A stretch of 64,000 nucleotides of DNA from Sedimentisphaerales bacterium (GTDB lineage Bacteria > Planctomycetota > Phycisphaerae > Sedimentisphaerales > Anaerobacaceae): positions 672,001 through 736,000 of the forward strand of contig JAXGYC010000007.1 of assembly GCA_040772485.1 (NCBI GenBank). Reading direction: 5' to 3'. A program made the translations under genes and the position numbers. This document shows positions 1-10,570 of this stretch, piece by piece; position 1 is the first letter of the stretch, and every line of letters starts with the position of its first letter. Below the pieces are notes generated by a model that searched no databases, was not told where the DNA came from, and saw only the letters and a list, made by a program, of their open reading frames with translations.

Positions 1-3000
1 ATCGGCCATGCCGTAGTCCGCCATCGCAATCGTCACGAACGCGGTCAGCGCGTACGTCCCCTGCACCCCGCCGACCATCTCACTGTGGCATACGAACCCC
101 ACCGGCGGCCATGACCCGTCGGACGCCTGGTGCGAGGCAATCCACGCGGCCGCTTCGGCCAGGATAGTCTCGTCAATCGTCGTCACCTCACGGGCGGCGC
201 TGAACGTGCCGAGTACAAACGCCGTCAGCCAGAGGCTGCCCTCGGCGTCGCTCTGGCCGAACGCGGAGAACGAGCCGTCCTGATGGCGGAATGTCAACTC
301 CCGCTGATAGCCCACCGTGATAAAGTGCTCGGCCTTGGCCCGCACCTCGGGCGTGAGCTGGCCCGTCGCGTTGAGATAGCGGAGGATTTCCACATCCGGG
401 GCGAAGAAGATCATGTTCTGCTCGCCGCAGCCATAGGGCATGCCGAGTAGATCGTCCACACCGTCAATGCTCTGCGCGACCAGGCTGGGCGTAATGCTCA
501 GCAGGAGCTTCTGCGAATCGGGCACGGCAAATTCCGGCATGTTCGCGTCGAGGACGATGGTTTCGCCCGCTCGAATCACGCCGTTGGCGACCAACTCGCG
601 CCGGGTGCCTTCCGGCTCCACGAGCACCTCCTTGCGCACGGCGTCGGCCCGCCGGACCGACCGCAGGCGAACCTCCAGTGGATGCCGGCCGAGCTTCGTC
701 GGCTCGATGACGAACGAAACGCTGGACACAGAATTCGCATTCACCTGCACCTGTTGCTCGCCGACGTCGAGCAGGGTGAACCAGTCGGCGTCCGCCATCT
801 CCACATAGACCACCTGGGTCTCGTCGAGGTAGTTGAACACCTGGATGCGAACCGGGAACTGCTCGCCCCGCGTCACCGCGTACGGCAGATCGGGCTCGCC
901 GAAGAATTCCTGGAACACGCGGAGCGACGACTCGGTGACGCCGAGCCCATTGTCGCTCGTGGACACGGCGTGAAGCCGCCACGTCGTGATGCTGTCGGGC
1001 GCCGTCAGATCCAGCGTCGCGGTCCCGTTGGGCTCGGTGAGCAGATCGGGCATCCACACCCACGTCTCGGGGAAGAACTGGCGCACCCGATCGACTTCGG
1101 CAAGGCTGGTGTCCTTGTCATTGGATTCGGCCTCGCCTCCATCGCCACGTCGCACAACCGGCGCCAACTGCCACCACAACCCATCGATCCGCTCGCCTTC
1201 CGGAACCTCCAGCCTGCGAGAGGTCACAACTTGAAGCCCGGCGTCCTCGAATACGTTGCGCGCGCCGTAGCTGTACGGCTGGTCGTGTGTCTCCGCCTGC
1301 GGCTCCATGAAACGCCGCTCCAGCTCGCGGAACACCTCCTGCATGTTGAGCCGGCCTTCGTTCAGCGCATAGACCGACTCGTCGACGATGGCCAGCCCGA
1401 CCATCGACTGAACAGCCGAACGGACCGAGACGCGAACCGGCTCGCCCGGCCCGACCTCTTCGGCGCTGACCCCTAAGGCCAGGCTGGCGCCGTGGTCCAT
1501 CGCAACGTCGAACTCAATCGTGTCGGCGGAGATCTCGTTGTTCGGGTTGATCACATATGCCACCACGCGGGCGGCCGGCACCATCTGCTGGGTCGCCTGG
1601 AACCGGATCGCCGACCCGGTCACCGCATCCGACCAGACCGTGTGCCCGTTGGCAAAGACATCGTAGTAGATCGTCGCGTTGTGCGTGCGAAAAACATCGA
1701 TCGTGATCGTGTCACCCACGGCGACGGTATCGGTGGATTCGCGGCTCAGGTGCAGGAAGCTGTCGCTGGGCGAGTACGTCGCATAAACGTACAACTCCGC
1801 CTGCCCGCTCTCTTCATCACCTCGAACCTCGCTCTTGAGCGTGGCCCAGGAGGCCTTCTGCGGCGCCCTCAGGGTGATCGAAGTCGAGCCTTCGAACGCC
1901 AGCGGATGGGCCTCCTTGGAAATCAGCTCGCCCGACTCAGCGTAGTACTCGCAGATCAACTGCCCTGTCACAGAGACGGGCACACCGTCCGGCGTCTCGG
2001 CCACCACCAGAACGTCATACGATTGGCCCGGCGTGAACGACCGCGATGAGGCGATGAGCCGGTGCTCGATTCCCGACGAGACGATCTTCAGCAGTCTGGT
2101 CGTCTTCTCCTGGTGGTCCGACGTGTCGGTGACGGTCACGTCGAGCTGCACGCTGCCGGCGCCTCCGGCTCCCGTGGTCCCGCTGACGTACTTGACCTCA
2201 GGCAGCGAGAACTCCGCGCGCCCCTCGGCCAGCGGCGCGGTGTAGCGGGCGTATTCTTCCCAAACGCCAACATAGCGACTGGCGCTGATCTGGACCGCGC
2301 CGTCAACGGGCTTGCCGAAGAAATACGTCGCCGTGACGGTCCCGGGGATCTGTTCATCGGTGCGGAAATAGTCACGCGGCGTCTGGAGTTTGACCTCGAA
2401 TCGCGGCAGCACGTACTCCTCAACTCGCAGGTCGATAGTTCCCCGGCCGGCCCCCGATTCGGCGACGATCTTCCACGTGCCGTAGTTCAGCTCGCTGGCC
2501 AGATCGAGGTTGAACGGCGCGACACCGAAGGCGTTTGCCGTGAGGTCCTTGCGGAAGATCTTGACGCCCTTGCCGTCGGTAATCTGCACGGTCACGTCGG
2601 AGGCGGTCGGCCGCAGCTCGTTCGTCAACACCAACACACGGCCCTGGATCGTTTGGCCCGGCTTGTAGATCGGCTTGTCCGTCTCAATCAGCACCACCGG
2701 CATCCGGCGGATCATGATCTGGGCCGCCACAGCCTCCTCGGCGCCGTCAACGTACGCCTCCAGGGTGTACGAGCCTTCCGCCACCTCGGGCGTGTCGAAT
2801 CGGGCAACGAACCGCCCCGCCTCGTCGGTCTGTCCGGCGACAAGGTCGATCCCCCCTTCGTGCGTCTTGATCCGAAGGTCGACGCCGATCCCTGCCGATG
2901 ACTGGCGTGGGTTCACCACCGTGATCGTCGCGGAGGCCGAAGCGCCGCAGTACAACGTCTTGGGGACGAGCATCATCACATCGACGGTCCCGGCCTGGGC

Positions 3001-3057
3001 GACTGCCGCCAGAAGCCCCAGCACCAGAAGCCCTGCGAATCTGATTTTCCGTGCCAT
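1..3057 (-). CDS. Alpha-2-macroglobulin / thioester-containing protein, secreted; 3' end runs off the window
   Basis: Hand translation from ATG 3057: signal peptide MARKIRFAGLLVLGLLAAVAQA, then ETDKPIYKPGQ, KEYVLPRFEV, VRQFFPETWVW, PDSITTW, PYGCGEQNM (CGEQ at 418-429) and DGSFSAFG. Frame confirmed at several motifs. Absent from the ORF track, presumably because its stop lies outside the window. Confidence 0.93.
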   Translation of the reverse strand, partial: MARKIRFAGLLVLGLLAAVAQAGTVDVMMLVPKTLYCGASASATITVVNPRQSSAGIGVDLRIKTHEGGIDLVAGQTDEAGRFVARFDTPEVAEGSYTLEAYVDGAEEAVAAQIMIRRMPVVLIETDKPIYKPGQTIQGRVLVLTNELRPTASDVTVQITDGKGVKIFRKDLTANAFGVAPFNLDLASELNYGTWKIVAESGAGRGTIDLRVEEYVLPRFEVKLQTPRDYFRTDEQIPGTVTATYFFGKPVDGAVQISASRYVGVWEEYARYTAPLAEGRAEFSLPEVKYVSGTTGAGGAGSVQLDVTVTDTSDHQEKTTRLLKIVSSGIEHRLIASSRSFTPGQSYDVLVVAETPDGVPVSVTGQLICEYYAESGELISKEAHPLAFEGSTSITLRAPQKASWATLKSEVRGDEESGQAELYVYATYSPSDSFLHLSRESTDTVAVGDTITIDVFRTHNATIYYDVFANGHTVWSDAVTGSAIRFQATQQMVPAARVVAYVINPNNEISADTIEFDVAMDHGASLALGVSAEEVGPGEPVRVSVRSAVQSMVGLAIVDESVYALNEGRLNMQEVFRELERRFMEPQAETHDQPYSYGARNVFEDAGLQVVTSRRLEVPEGERIDGLWWQLAPVVRRGDGGEAESNDKDTSLAEVDRVRQFFPETWVWMPDLLTEPNGTATLDLTAPDSITTWRLHAVSTSDNGLGVTESSLRVFQEFFGEPDLPYAVTRGEQFPVRIQVFNYLDETQVVYVEMADADWFTLLDVGEQQVQVNANSVSSVSFVIEPTKLGRHPLEVRLRSVRRADAVRKEVLVEPEGTRRELVANGVIRAGETIVLDANMPEFAVPDSQKLLLSITPSLVAQSIDGVDDLLGMPYGCGEQNMIFFAPDVEILRYLNATGQLTPEVRAKAEHFITVGYQRELTFRHQDGSFSAFGQSDAEGSLWLTAFVLGTFSAAREVTTIDETILAEAAAWIASHQASDGSWPPVGFVCHSEMVGGVQGTYALTAFVTIAMADYGMAD

Positions 3058-3379
3058 CGTGCCGCTCCTTAGATTGGGATGAGTGAATGGATAATAACCG
3101 TAAGTTCAGCACCTGCCCTCTCTTCGACCAGATAGAGGGCGCCTCTTTGGCTGATAGTACGGGCGAATCATCATTCGCCCCTACGGTTTGTGGAACCGCC
3201 GGCAGTGCTCCGAAATCCCTCAAGCCAAGCTTAGCTATCTCCGCAAGGTCTCCGAAGGTGCCGGTGCGATGATGTGCGACAATAGTATGATAGCGACAAG
3301 CACGGATATGATGGTCAATTCCGGCCGGCCTTCGAACCTCACTTTACTACGGTCATTTTATCGGAACATGCGCCGCAAT

Positions 3380-4333
3380 TCAAGCTTTTTCGCCCAAGCC
3401 GGCAAAGAGCCGGCGGACGTACTCGGTGCTCTTGGCGAACGCTTCCAGGGGCGGCATGGTGTTGGGCGAGCCGTTCTCGATTGCCTGCTCCAGGACGATG
3501 TGCGGATGGACGTCTTGGCGGCGCAGGGCATCGGCCAAGGCGCGGTAGTCGATATCGCCGTCGCCAAACGCCTCGGTCCAGACGCCGCCCTGGGACTGAC
3601 GCAGGTGCAGCTCGCGGATGCGCTTGCCGTAGAGCCTGACGATATCGAACAGGGCCACCTGCGAGTTGCCCGAGCCGCGATAGACCCAGTGGGCGTCGAG
3701 GCAAAGCGTCACGTTGGCCGGATCGGTGCCGAGCATCATGTGGTGGAACTCGCGTGCGGCCTGCCGCAACTCCATGTCGTGGTTGTGGTAGGCCAGCGTC
3801 AGGCCGAGCTTCCGCAGTTCGGCCCCGAGCCGGTTCAGTGCGGCCGCCTGGACCCTGAGCTGTTCGTCGTTCTTGTCCTGCGCGCCGCCCCAGGCGAGCG
3901 GGTTGGGATTGGTCACGACGATCCGCGCTCCGGCGTCCCGGGCTCTCGGGGCCACCGCCAGGATTTGCCGGATGCTCTCGTCGGCCTGGCCGGTCTCGTG
4001 CAGCAGACTGTTGACATAGAAGGACCGCATCCCCAGCCGGTGCTTCTTCAACAGCGGCGCAAGGCGTTCGACCTGAGCGACATCGCCGAACGACGGCTCG
4101 AACCCGTCGAGCCCGCTGGCAGCCACCTCCGCCAGACCTTCGTCGAGCGACTGGTCGAAGTTGCGCCCCTGACGCTGATAGAACACGGTCCAGGAATAGG
4201 AGTTACAGGAGACGTGTATGCGGCCGTCCTGAGCAGCCGCCGAACGGGCCAGAGATGGAGAGAGTGTGACGGCCCCTGCCACCAGGACCGTGTCGGTGAG
4301 AAATGCCCGCCTTGTCGTCAATCGAGCTGCCAT
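3380..4333 (-). CDS. Sugar phosphate isomerase/epimerase (xylose-isomerase-like TIM barrel, IolE-like) with Tat signal
   Basis: N-terminal TRRAFL twin-arginine motif; LAYHNH, LCLDAHW, LHLR, GDGDIDY, VLEQ. Start moved to ATG 4333. Confidence 0.8.
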   Translation of the reverse strand: MAARLTTRRAFLTDTVLVAGAVTLSPSLARSAAAQDGRIHVSCNSYSWTVFYQRQGRNFDQSLDEGLAEVAASGLDGFEPSFGDVAQVERLAPLLKKHRLGMRSFYVNSLLHETGQADESIRQILAVAPRARDAGARIVVTNPNPLAWGGAQDKNDEQLRVQAAALNRLGAELRKLGLTLAYHNHDMELRQAAREFHHMMLGTDPANVTLCLDAHWVYRGSGNSQVALFDIVRLYGKRIRELHLRQSQGGVWTEAFGDGDIDYRALADALRRQDVHPHIVLEQAIENGSPNTMPPLEAFAKSTEYVRRLFAGLGEKA

Positions 4334-4501
4334 AGTGCAACCTCCTTCGCCCCAATCGGGCCTGCCGTCTGAGTGCCATCCCCTACGCACCGCGCGCTGA
4401 GTATGCGGCCTTTGCCGGGCAAATGCAAGGGCCCTTCCGCGAAGGGACGGGGCATGGTAGGCTGTGCCTCGTGAGAAGTCAGGGCTCAAGGAGAACATCG
4501 C

Positions 4502-6616
4502 ATGCGATACGGGATGATTCTTGCCCATGTGTTCGCGGGCTGTCTGGCCGCGTCCGGCAGCCTCCTGGCCGCACCGGGTCCGGTCGCCATCGGACCTTGT
4601 CCGGCCCACGTCGGCAAGTACGAGCGGCTCGAACTGGCGCTGACGCCGGAGCAGACGTACGACAATCCTTTCGACCCATGCGAGGTGGCATTTGACCTGC
4701 TGGTCGAGTGCCCAAGCGGCCGGTCGCTCGTTCTACCGGCCTTCTTCGGCCAGGATTACGAGCGGCGCGATCTCCACCGAGACGGCAAACCGGTGGCCTG
4801 GTGCTACCCCGTCGGCTCGGGAACATGGAAGGCGAGGTTCGCACCGACTGAGACAGGAACGTACGCAATCCGGGCCCGACTGACAGACCGCGAGGGTCTA
4901 TCGCAGTCGCAGGCCATTCGCGTCGAGTGCGTCCCTTCGGCGAGCAGAGGCTTTCTCCTCGCCGGGCGGCGCGATCCGAGGTTTCTGGAATTCACGGAAG
5001 GCGATCCGTTCTTTGCCATCGGTCAGAACCTCGCCTTCATCGGTGAGACCCAGTACGTCAATGTCCCCAAGGCCGAAGCGATCTTCCCGGAGATGGCGAG
5101 AAACGGCGCGAACTTCGCGCGCCTTTGGACGTGTTGCCACGACTGGGCCATCGCGATCGAGGCCCGCAAGAGCGCGTGGACCCGTTCGTGGAACCGCCAG
5201 TCGCCCATCGCGCCGTCGCCGGACGGCGAGGGCAACTGCGTGCAACTGAAAGGTCAGGACGGCGCCTCGATCGAGGTCTCCCCTTCGCACCGCGTGGCGT
5301 TGCGTCCGGACACGCACTACACGCTCAGCGGGAGGTTCAAGGCCGACGGAGCGGACGGTTTGCGAATCCAGATCGGCAGGTACGATTGGCGAGCGTCGGC
5401 AAACGCCGCCACCTGGCAGAACTTCGCAGAGGAATTCACCACCGGCCCCGAGGAGTACTGGCTGGGCCGCACGACGATCAGCCTTTCGGGGCAAGGCATC
5501 GCGTGGCTGACCGATCTGTCGCTGAAGGAAAGCGACGGCGGCGCGGAGCTGCTCTGGGAGGCAGACATCAATCGTCCCGTGCGGGGTTACTACAATCCGC
5601 TCGACTGCTTCATGCTCGATCAAGTCGTCCAGGCGGCCGAGAAACACGGCATCTATCTGATGCTCTGCTTGCTGACGCGGGATCTTTACATGGATGCGTT
5701 TTCCGACCCGAACAGCGCACCCTACGACCGAGCCATCGCAGGCGCCAGGAAGTTCATGCGCTACGCCGTCGCGCGGTGGGGCTACTCGACCAGCGTCGCG
5801 GCGTGGGAGTACTTCAACGAGATCGACCCCGGCAAACCGACCGACCGCTTCTATGAGGAGCTGGGCGGCTATCTCGACGAAATGGACATCTACCGCCACC
5901 TGCGGACCACCAGCACATGGCACCCCTCGGCGCGCGACTGCCGCCTTGCGGCTCTCGACGTCGCGCAATTGCACCACTACCTGCGGCCGGGCGAAGCGGA
6001 CTTCAAGGACGAAATCCAGGCGATCATCGAGAAGGCGGCCTTCCTCCGCGAGCACGCACCGAACAAGCCTGCGCTGATCGGCGAGTTCGGCCTAGCCACC
6101 GACAAGTGGGGCCTGAGCGAGTACATGAAAAAGGACACCGAGGGCGTGCACTTCCACAATGCCCTGTGGGCGTCGGCCTTCGCCGGACCATCAGGCACGG
6201 CCATGTTCTGGTGGTGGGAGCAGTTGGACTTACAGGACGCCTACCGTCACTATCGTCCGCTGGCGGCATACCTGCGGGACATCTCCTTCGAAGGATTGAG
6301 AGCGACGGGCGCGACCGCCTCTGACGAGCGTCTACGCGTGCTGGGCTATCAGGGAGCGGATCGCGCCTATCTGTGGCTGTCCAGCCGGGACGCCACGTGG
6401 TGGAACGTCGTCGTCGCCGGGCAGACGCCCCAAGAGATCGGAGGTGCAACCCTCGAAATCCCAGGCTTGGCGCCGGGCGAATACGCCGTCCAATGGTGGG
6501 ACACAGGCCGGGGCGTTTGCGTCGAGACGCACCGCGTCCGACACAACCAGGGCCGATTGAGCATCACTGTGCCACCGGTGCGAAGTGACATCGCGTGCAA
6601 GATCGTGCGACCGTGA
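4502..6616 (+). CDS. Secreted clan GH-A glycoside hydrolase (DUF5060 N-terminal domain, inserted CBM-like domain)
   Basis: Signal peptide; YDNPFDP...WKARFAP; WEYFNE (acid/base) and LIGEFG (nucleophile); C-terminal YAVQWWDT beta domain. Confidence 0.75.
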   Translation: MRYGMILAHVFAGCLAASGSLLAAPGPVAIGPCPAHVGKYERLELALTPEQTYDNPFDPCEVAFDLLVECPSGRSLVLPAFFGQDYERRDLHRDGKPVAWCYPVGSGTWKARFAPTETGTYAIRARLTDREGLSQSQAIRVECVPSASRGFLLAGRRDPRFLEFTEGDPFFAIGQNLAFIGETQYVNVPKAEAIFPEMARNGANFARLWTCCHDWAIAIEARKSAWTRSWNRQSPIAPSPDGEGNCVQLKGQDGASIEVSPSHRVALRPDTHYTLSGRFKADGADGLRIQIGRYDWRASANAATWQNFAEEFTTGPEEYWLGRTTISLSGQGIAWLTDLSLKESDGGAELLWEADINRPVRGYYNPLDCFMLDQVVQAAEKHGIYLMLCLLTRDLYMDAFSDPNSAPYDRAIAGARKFMRYAVARWGYSTSVAAWEYFNEIDPGKPTDRFYEELGGYLDEMDIYRHLRTTSTWHPSARDCRLAALDVAQLHHYLRPGEADFKDEIQAIIEKAAFLREHAPNKPALIGEFGLATDKWGLSEYMKKDTEGVHFHNALWASAFAGPSGTAMFWWWEQLDLQDAYRHYRPLAAYLRDISFEGLRATGATASDERLRVLGYQGADRAYLWLSSRDATWWNVVVAGQTPQEIGGATLEIPGLAPGEYAVQWWDTGRGVCVETHRVRHNQGRLSITVPPVRSDIACKIVRP

Positions 6617-6632
6617 TCTGGACAGTCCGGCG

Positions 6633-7253
6633 TCAGACGGCGCCGGCCAAGTCCTTCTCCAACTCCGCCAGGATCATCTGAAGACAGCGGTCGAAGCCCG
6701 CGACAAGGCCCTCGGGACCAGCGGTTGCCACATCGGCCGTCGCGCCGTAGGACTTGGCCATGATGATCTTCGGATCGACGCCGCTTTCGGTCCGCAGCAG
6801 GAAGAACCGGATCTCGATGACAGCCTTGGGCGCGTTCCTGTCGCGAAAGTCACCGCAGAGGACGGCGATGTTGGCTTCGATTCGGTGCGTGGGCTCGGCG
6901 CCGCTGCCCGAGCCGAGAACCTGCGCGAACAGACCCGACTGGGTCAGCCAGTCGCGCGTTCTCTCCGTGATCATCACGGTTGGGGAAATAAGAAATTCGT
7001 TGTAGGCGTCGGATTCGTATCGATGGTCATCGAGCCGGTAGACCAGCCCCCTGTTGGCATAAGCCGCATCGATGGTAAACCTTGGCACCGCCAGGACGGC
7101 CGTGCCTTCGCGGACCGCCGGCGCCGCCGGTCGCGGCGTCTGAAGCATGTAGAAGCGGCTGTTGGCCGATACGGGTCTGGCACAACCGGACAGCACAAGC
7201 GAGCACGCCGCCGGAACCAGACACAGCGCGACCCGGGTCCATTTGCACGTCAT
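6633..7253 (-). CDS. ABC-transport auxiliary lipoprotein (PqiC-like)
   Basis: Lipobox LSGC; last gene of the Mla-like operon, overlapping the MCE gene by 4 bp. Confidence 0.75.
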   Translation of the reverse strand: MTCKWTRVALCLVPAACSLVLSGCARPVSANSRFYMLQTPRPAAPAVREGTAVLAVPRFTIDAAYANRGLVYRLDDHRYESDAYNEFLISPTVMITERTRDWLTQSGLFAQVLGSGSGAEPTHRIEANIAVLCGDFRDRNAPKAVIEIRFFLLRTESGVDPKIIMAKSYGATADVATAGPEGLVAGFDRCLQMILAELEKDLAGAV

Positions 7254-8335
7254 TTGTAGGCCTCCGATTCACGTGGGGGTTTGCTGAAGATCAACTCCGA
7301 AGGACGCTCTCTGAGACTCTCGGTCAGGTCTCGCAGATTGTCGGAGATCTCCCGGAAGTTGGCGATGATGATTTCGATCTCCGGCTTCTCGCTCGTGACC
7401 AGACGGTCGATGCTCGACAGCGCCCGGTTCAGCCGCGCGACGACCTCCGGCAGATTGGTCCCGCTGCCGATCCCCTCCGGCGACGCCAGCAGACGGCGGA
7501 GATTGTCGTTCGTGGCACGAATCTCCTGAACGAACTGTGTGACCGCTGCGCTCAATTCCGGCACGTTGGCGTCCGCGACGGTTCGATCCAGCGAGGCGAG
7601 CAGACGCTGCGTCGCGTCGCTGATGCCCGCGGTGTCGAGGGTCTGGACCTTCTGCCGCGTTTCCGCCAGCAGGCCCGTGGCCTCCTCGCTGATCCGGGCC
7701 AGGTTCGCATCCCCCACCGCCCTCTCGGCCGCTTCCAGCGTCCGTTCGAACGAATTCACCAGGCCCTCGAAGTCGATTTCCTCCAGCCGGGTGAAGATCT
7801 TCTCGAGCGAGTCCTTCAGCGTCGTGATCTCGCTGGGCGCCGACGGCATGTAGCTGTACATCGGCGTCCACGGCACCTCGAGGACCGGGAAGCGATTCGG
7901 ATCGAGGTAGTCCGCCTCCAGATAGCCCTGGCCGGTCAGGATGTTCGAGTTGACGCGAACGCGCAGGCCGCGAGCGATCATCTGTTGGAGCATGGCGCCG
8001 GCCTTTTCGACGCCGAGTTCCGGCATCGTCTCTCGCGGCACCGCGTAGACGACCCGGACGATGGGCTTGAAGGCCGACAGTCGTCCGCTGCCCGGCGGGA
8101 TCGTATACACACTGCCGGCAAACGTGATGGTCTCGACCTGGCCGATGCGGACCCCGCGAAACTCGACCGGCGATCCGACGGTCAGGCCGGTGATGGACTC
8201 ATCGAAGTAGGTCTCGAACTTCAGTTTGTCCTTCGCGAACAGGCCGGAACCGAACAGGACCACGGCCGTCAGCAACAAGGCCGTCGCGAGGATCACGAAG
8301 ACGCCGATCTTGAAGTAGCTCGGTTTCCTTCCCAT
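7250..8335 (-). CDS. MlaD/MCE family substrate-binding protein
   Basis: N-terminal TM helix; FDESITGLTVGSPVEFRGVRIGQV MCE motif; helical C-terminus ending RPSELIF. Confidence 0.88.
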   Translation of the reverse strand: MGRKPSYFKIGVFVILATALLLTAVVLFGSGLFAKDKLKFETYFDESITGLTVGSPVEFRGVRIGQVETITFAGSVYTIPPGSGRLSAFKPIVRVVYAVPRETMPELGVEKAGAMLQQMIARGLRVRVNSNILTGQGYLEADYLDPNRFPVLEVPWTPMYSYMPSAPSEITTLKDSLEKIFTRLEEIDFEGLVNSFERTLEAAERAVGDANLARISEEATGLLAETRQKVQTLDTAGISDATQRLLASLDRTVADANVPELSAAVTQFVQEIRATNDNLRRLLASPEGIGSGTNLPEVVARLNRALSSIDRLVTSEKPEIEIIIANFREISDNLRDLTESLRERPSELIFSKPPRESEAYK

Positions 8336-8393
8336 CAGGCCAATCCGTCCCAATCTCTCTGTTGACCAGTTCCAAACATGTCTGCCTCCTGAT

Positions 8394-9158
8394 TCACGCC
8401 GACGACGACTGCCGATGGAAAAACTGTCGCACCCACGGATCGTCGCTACGATCGCGAAGCTCCTCGGGCGAGCCTCGGGCGATGATCGTCTGCCGTTCCT
8501 TGTCGAGCATGATCACGCGGTCGGCGACGGCGAAGATGCTTGCCAGTTCATGCGTCACGATGACGAATGTGATCCTCAGGGTCTGCGACAGTTCGACGAT
8601 CAGCTCGTCGAGCTGGGCCGCGGTGATCGGGTCCAGTCCGGCCGAAGGCTCGTCCAGGAACAGGATTTTCGGGTCCAGGGCCAGCGCCCGCGCGATGGCC
8701 GCCCTCTTGCGCATGCCGCCGCTGAGTTCGGAGGGCATCCGGTCGCCCGCGTCCTGGAGCCCAACGACCTTCATCTTCATCCGCGCGATCGCCTGCATGG
8801 CCTGTCGCGGCAGGCTCGTGAACTCCTCCAGGACCATGCAGATGTTCTCGATCAGACTCATGGAGCCGAACAGCGCGCCGTTCTGATAGGCCACTCCGAT
8901 CCGGCCGAGCAGCGCCCGGCGTTCCTCGCCTTCCGCCGTAACAATGTCGGTCCCGTCGACGACGATGCTCCCGGCCATCGGCCGATGCAGCCCGATCATG
9001 TGCTTGAGCAGCGTGCTCTTGCCGCAACCCGAGCCGCCCAGGATGCAAAAGACCTCGCCGGCGCGCACCTCGAACGTCACGTCCTTCAGGACGATGTGGT
9101 GATCGTAGCCCACGGTCACGTCGCTGACCTGAATGATCGGAGGTGCGTCGGAACCCAT
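8394..9158 (-). CDS. MlaF-like ABC ATPase
   Basis: GGSGCGKS, LSGGMRKR, LFLDEP, VTHE. Confidence 0.92.
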   Translation of the reverse strand: MGSDAPPIIQVSDVTVGYDHHIVLKDVTFEVRAGEVFCILGGSGCGKSTLLKHMIGLHRPMAGSIVVDGTDIVTAEGEERRALLGRIGVAYQNGALFGSMSLIENICMVLEEFTSLPRQAMQAIARMKMKVVGLQDAGDRMPSELSGGMRKRAAIARALALDPKILFLDEPSAGLDPITAAQLDELIVELSQTLRITFVIVTHELASIFAVADRVIMLDKERQTIIARGSPEELRDRSDDPWVRQFFHRQSSSA

Positions 9159-9164
9159 CTTCCG

Positions 9165-10298
9165 TCATATCCCCAGGTAATAGTATATCACGGCGAACAC
9201 CCCATCGACGACCACAATGGCGACAATGCCGCTGACGACGGCGCGCGTCGCCGAATCGCCGACGGCGCTGGGGCTCTTGCCCGTCTGCAAGCCTCGCAGA
9301 CACCCGATGCCGGCGATCAGGCCGCCGAATACAAAGGTCTTGGCCAGGCCGCCGAACAAGTCGCCCAGGCTGGCGGCCTCCTGGATCTGGTCGATATAGG
9401 TCGCCACGGGAAAACCGAACGAGCGCATGACCAGCCCGCAACCGATCAGGCCGAACAGCTCGTTGAACAGCGTCAGCAGCGGCATCACGCAAATCGCGGC
9501 GACCAGACGAGGCAAAGCCAGAAACTGAACGGGGTCCACCCCCATCGTCACCAGCGCATCGACCTCCTCGTTGACCTTCATGGTCCCCAGTTCGGCGGCA
9601 AAGGCCGATCCGCTGCGGCTGGTCAGGATGAACGCGGTGATCAAAGGTCCCAACTCGCGGAACAACACCAGCACGACGAGGTCGGCCACGTAGATCTCGG
9701 CGCCGAACTTGCGCATGCCGATCGCGGATTGAAAGGCCAGAATCAGTCCGATCAGAAAGCCCATTAAGGCGACGATCCCGACCGCGTTAGCGCCGGCCTT
9801 CTCGGCGATCAGGAACGTGTCGGCCCAGCGCAGGCGGCTTGGACGGACCAGGACACCGAGCAGCCGGACGAAGATCTCCCCGAGGAAACTGATCTGGGCG
9901 TGAAAGCCCACGAGGAATCCGTGCGAAATCTCGCCCACGCGATGGACGAAGCGGACCAGCAGCCCCGGACCCGGCTTGGGCGGCGCGGGCGGTCCCGGAT
10001 CGAACAGCTTCATCAGATCGCTCAGGTCGTCCCGCAAGCCCCGGATGCGGAAATCCTGGCGGCGCTGCTCCTGTTGGGCCTTCAATTCGAGCAGCATGGC
10101 CATGCCCGCTGCATCGAGGCTCTCCACACCCTGGGCATCAATTTCGAGGGCGGCCGGATCGGACTGAGCCACCTGCCGCATGACCTGTGGCCAGAGATGC
10201 TGTATACCCGCCGCATTCAGCGTCCCCTTCAGGACGAGGCGCAACCCGCCTTCTGCGAGCGGCTCGTAGTCCAGCGTTGCGGTACCCGAATCTGCCAC
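9165..10298 (-). CDS. MlaE-like permease with N-terminal STAS domain
   Basis: VESLDAAG (STAS); RELGPLITA...RSGSAFAAELGTMKVNEEVDAL. GTG 10298 follows AAGGA; the ORF is open to 10400. Confidence 0.88.
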   Translation of the reverse strand: MADSGTATLDYEPLAEGGLRLVLKGTLNAAGIQHLWPQVMRQVAQSDPAALEIDAQGVESLDAAGMAMLLELKAQQEQRRQDFRIRGLRDDLSDLMKLFDPGPPAPPKPGPGLLVRFVHRVGEISHGFLVGFHAQISFLGEIFVRLLGVLVRPSRLRWADTFLIAEKAGANAVGIVALMGFLIGLILAFQSAIGMRKFGAEIYVADLVVLVLFRELGPLITAFILTSRSGSAFAAELGTMKVNEEVDALVTMGVDPVQFLALPRLVAAICVMPLLTLFNELFGLIGCGLVMRSFGFPVATYIDQIQEAASLGDLFGGLAKTFVFGGLIAGIGCLRGLQTGKSPSAVGDSATRAVVSGIVAIVVVDGVFAVIYYYLGI

Positions 10299-10570
10299 GG
10301 CTTTCCTTGCCCAGTACCCGTCTTCCGATCCATGCTCCGACGCGCCAAGCGGGCGCCGCCGCACCTTGCGGCGTCCCGCAGGGTGGATCAGGTCGCCCAT
10401 CTCCTACAGGGTCGCCGCGAAGATGCCCAACTATACCGTCGTCACAGACCCCAGGCAAGTTCCGTGTGAAGCGGTTCGCTCTGTACACTTCGACGAGTAG
10501 CCATCGGCAAGCCGGCGCTTGCCGCTGCCACGCGACAGAATATGGAAACAGATGGAACAAGAAGGGGAAA

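Noticed and set aside
130..3082. Plus-strand ORFs 130-450, 682-1476, 1492-2049, 2062-2901 and others
   Set aside because: Antisense shadows of the thioester-protein gene, as expected in GC-rich DNA.
10400..10570. Possible integrated element at tRNA-Pro (also checked at tRNA-Leu)
   Set aside because: No integrase and no duplicated tRNA 3' end seen; tRNA-Pro is flanked by housekeeping genes.
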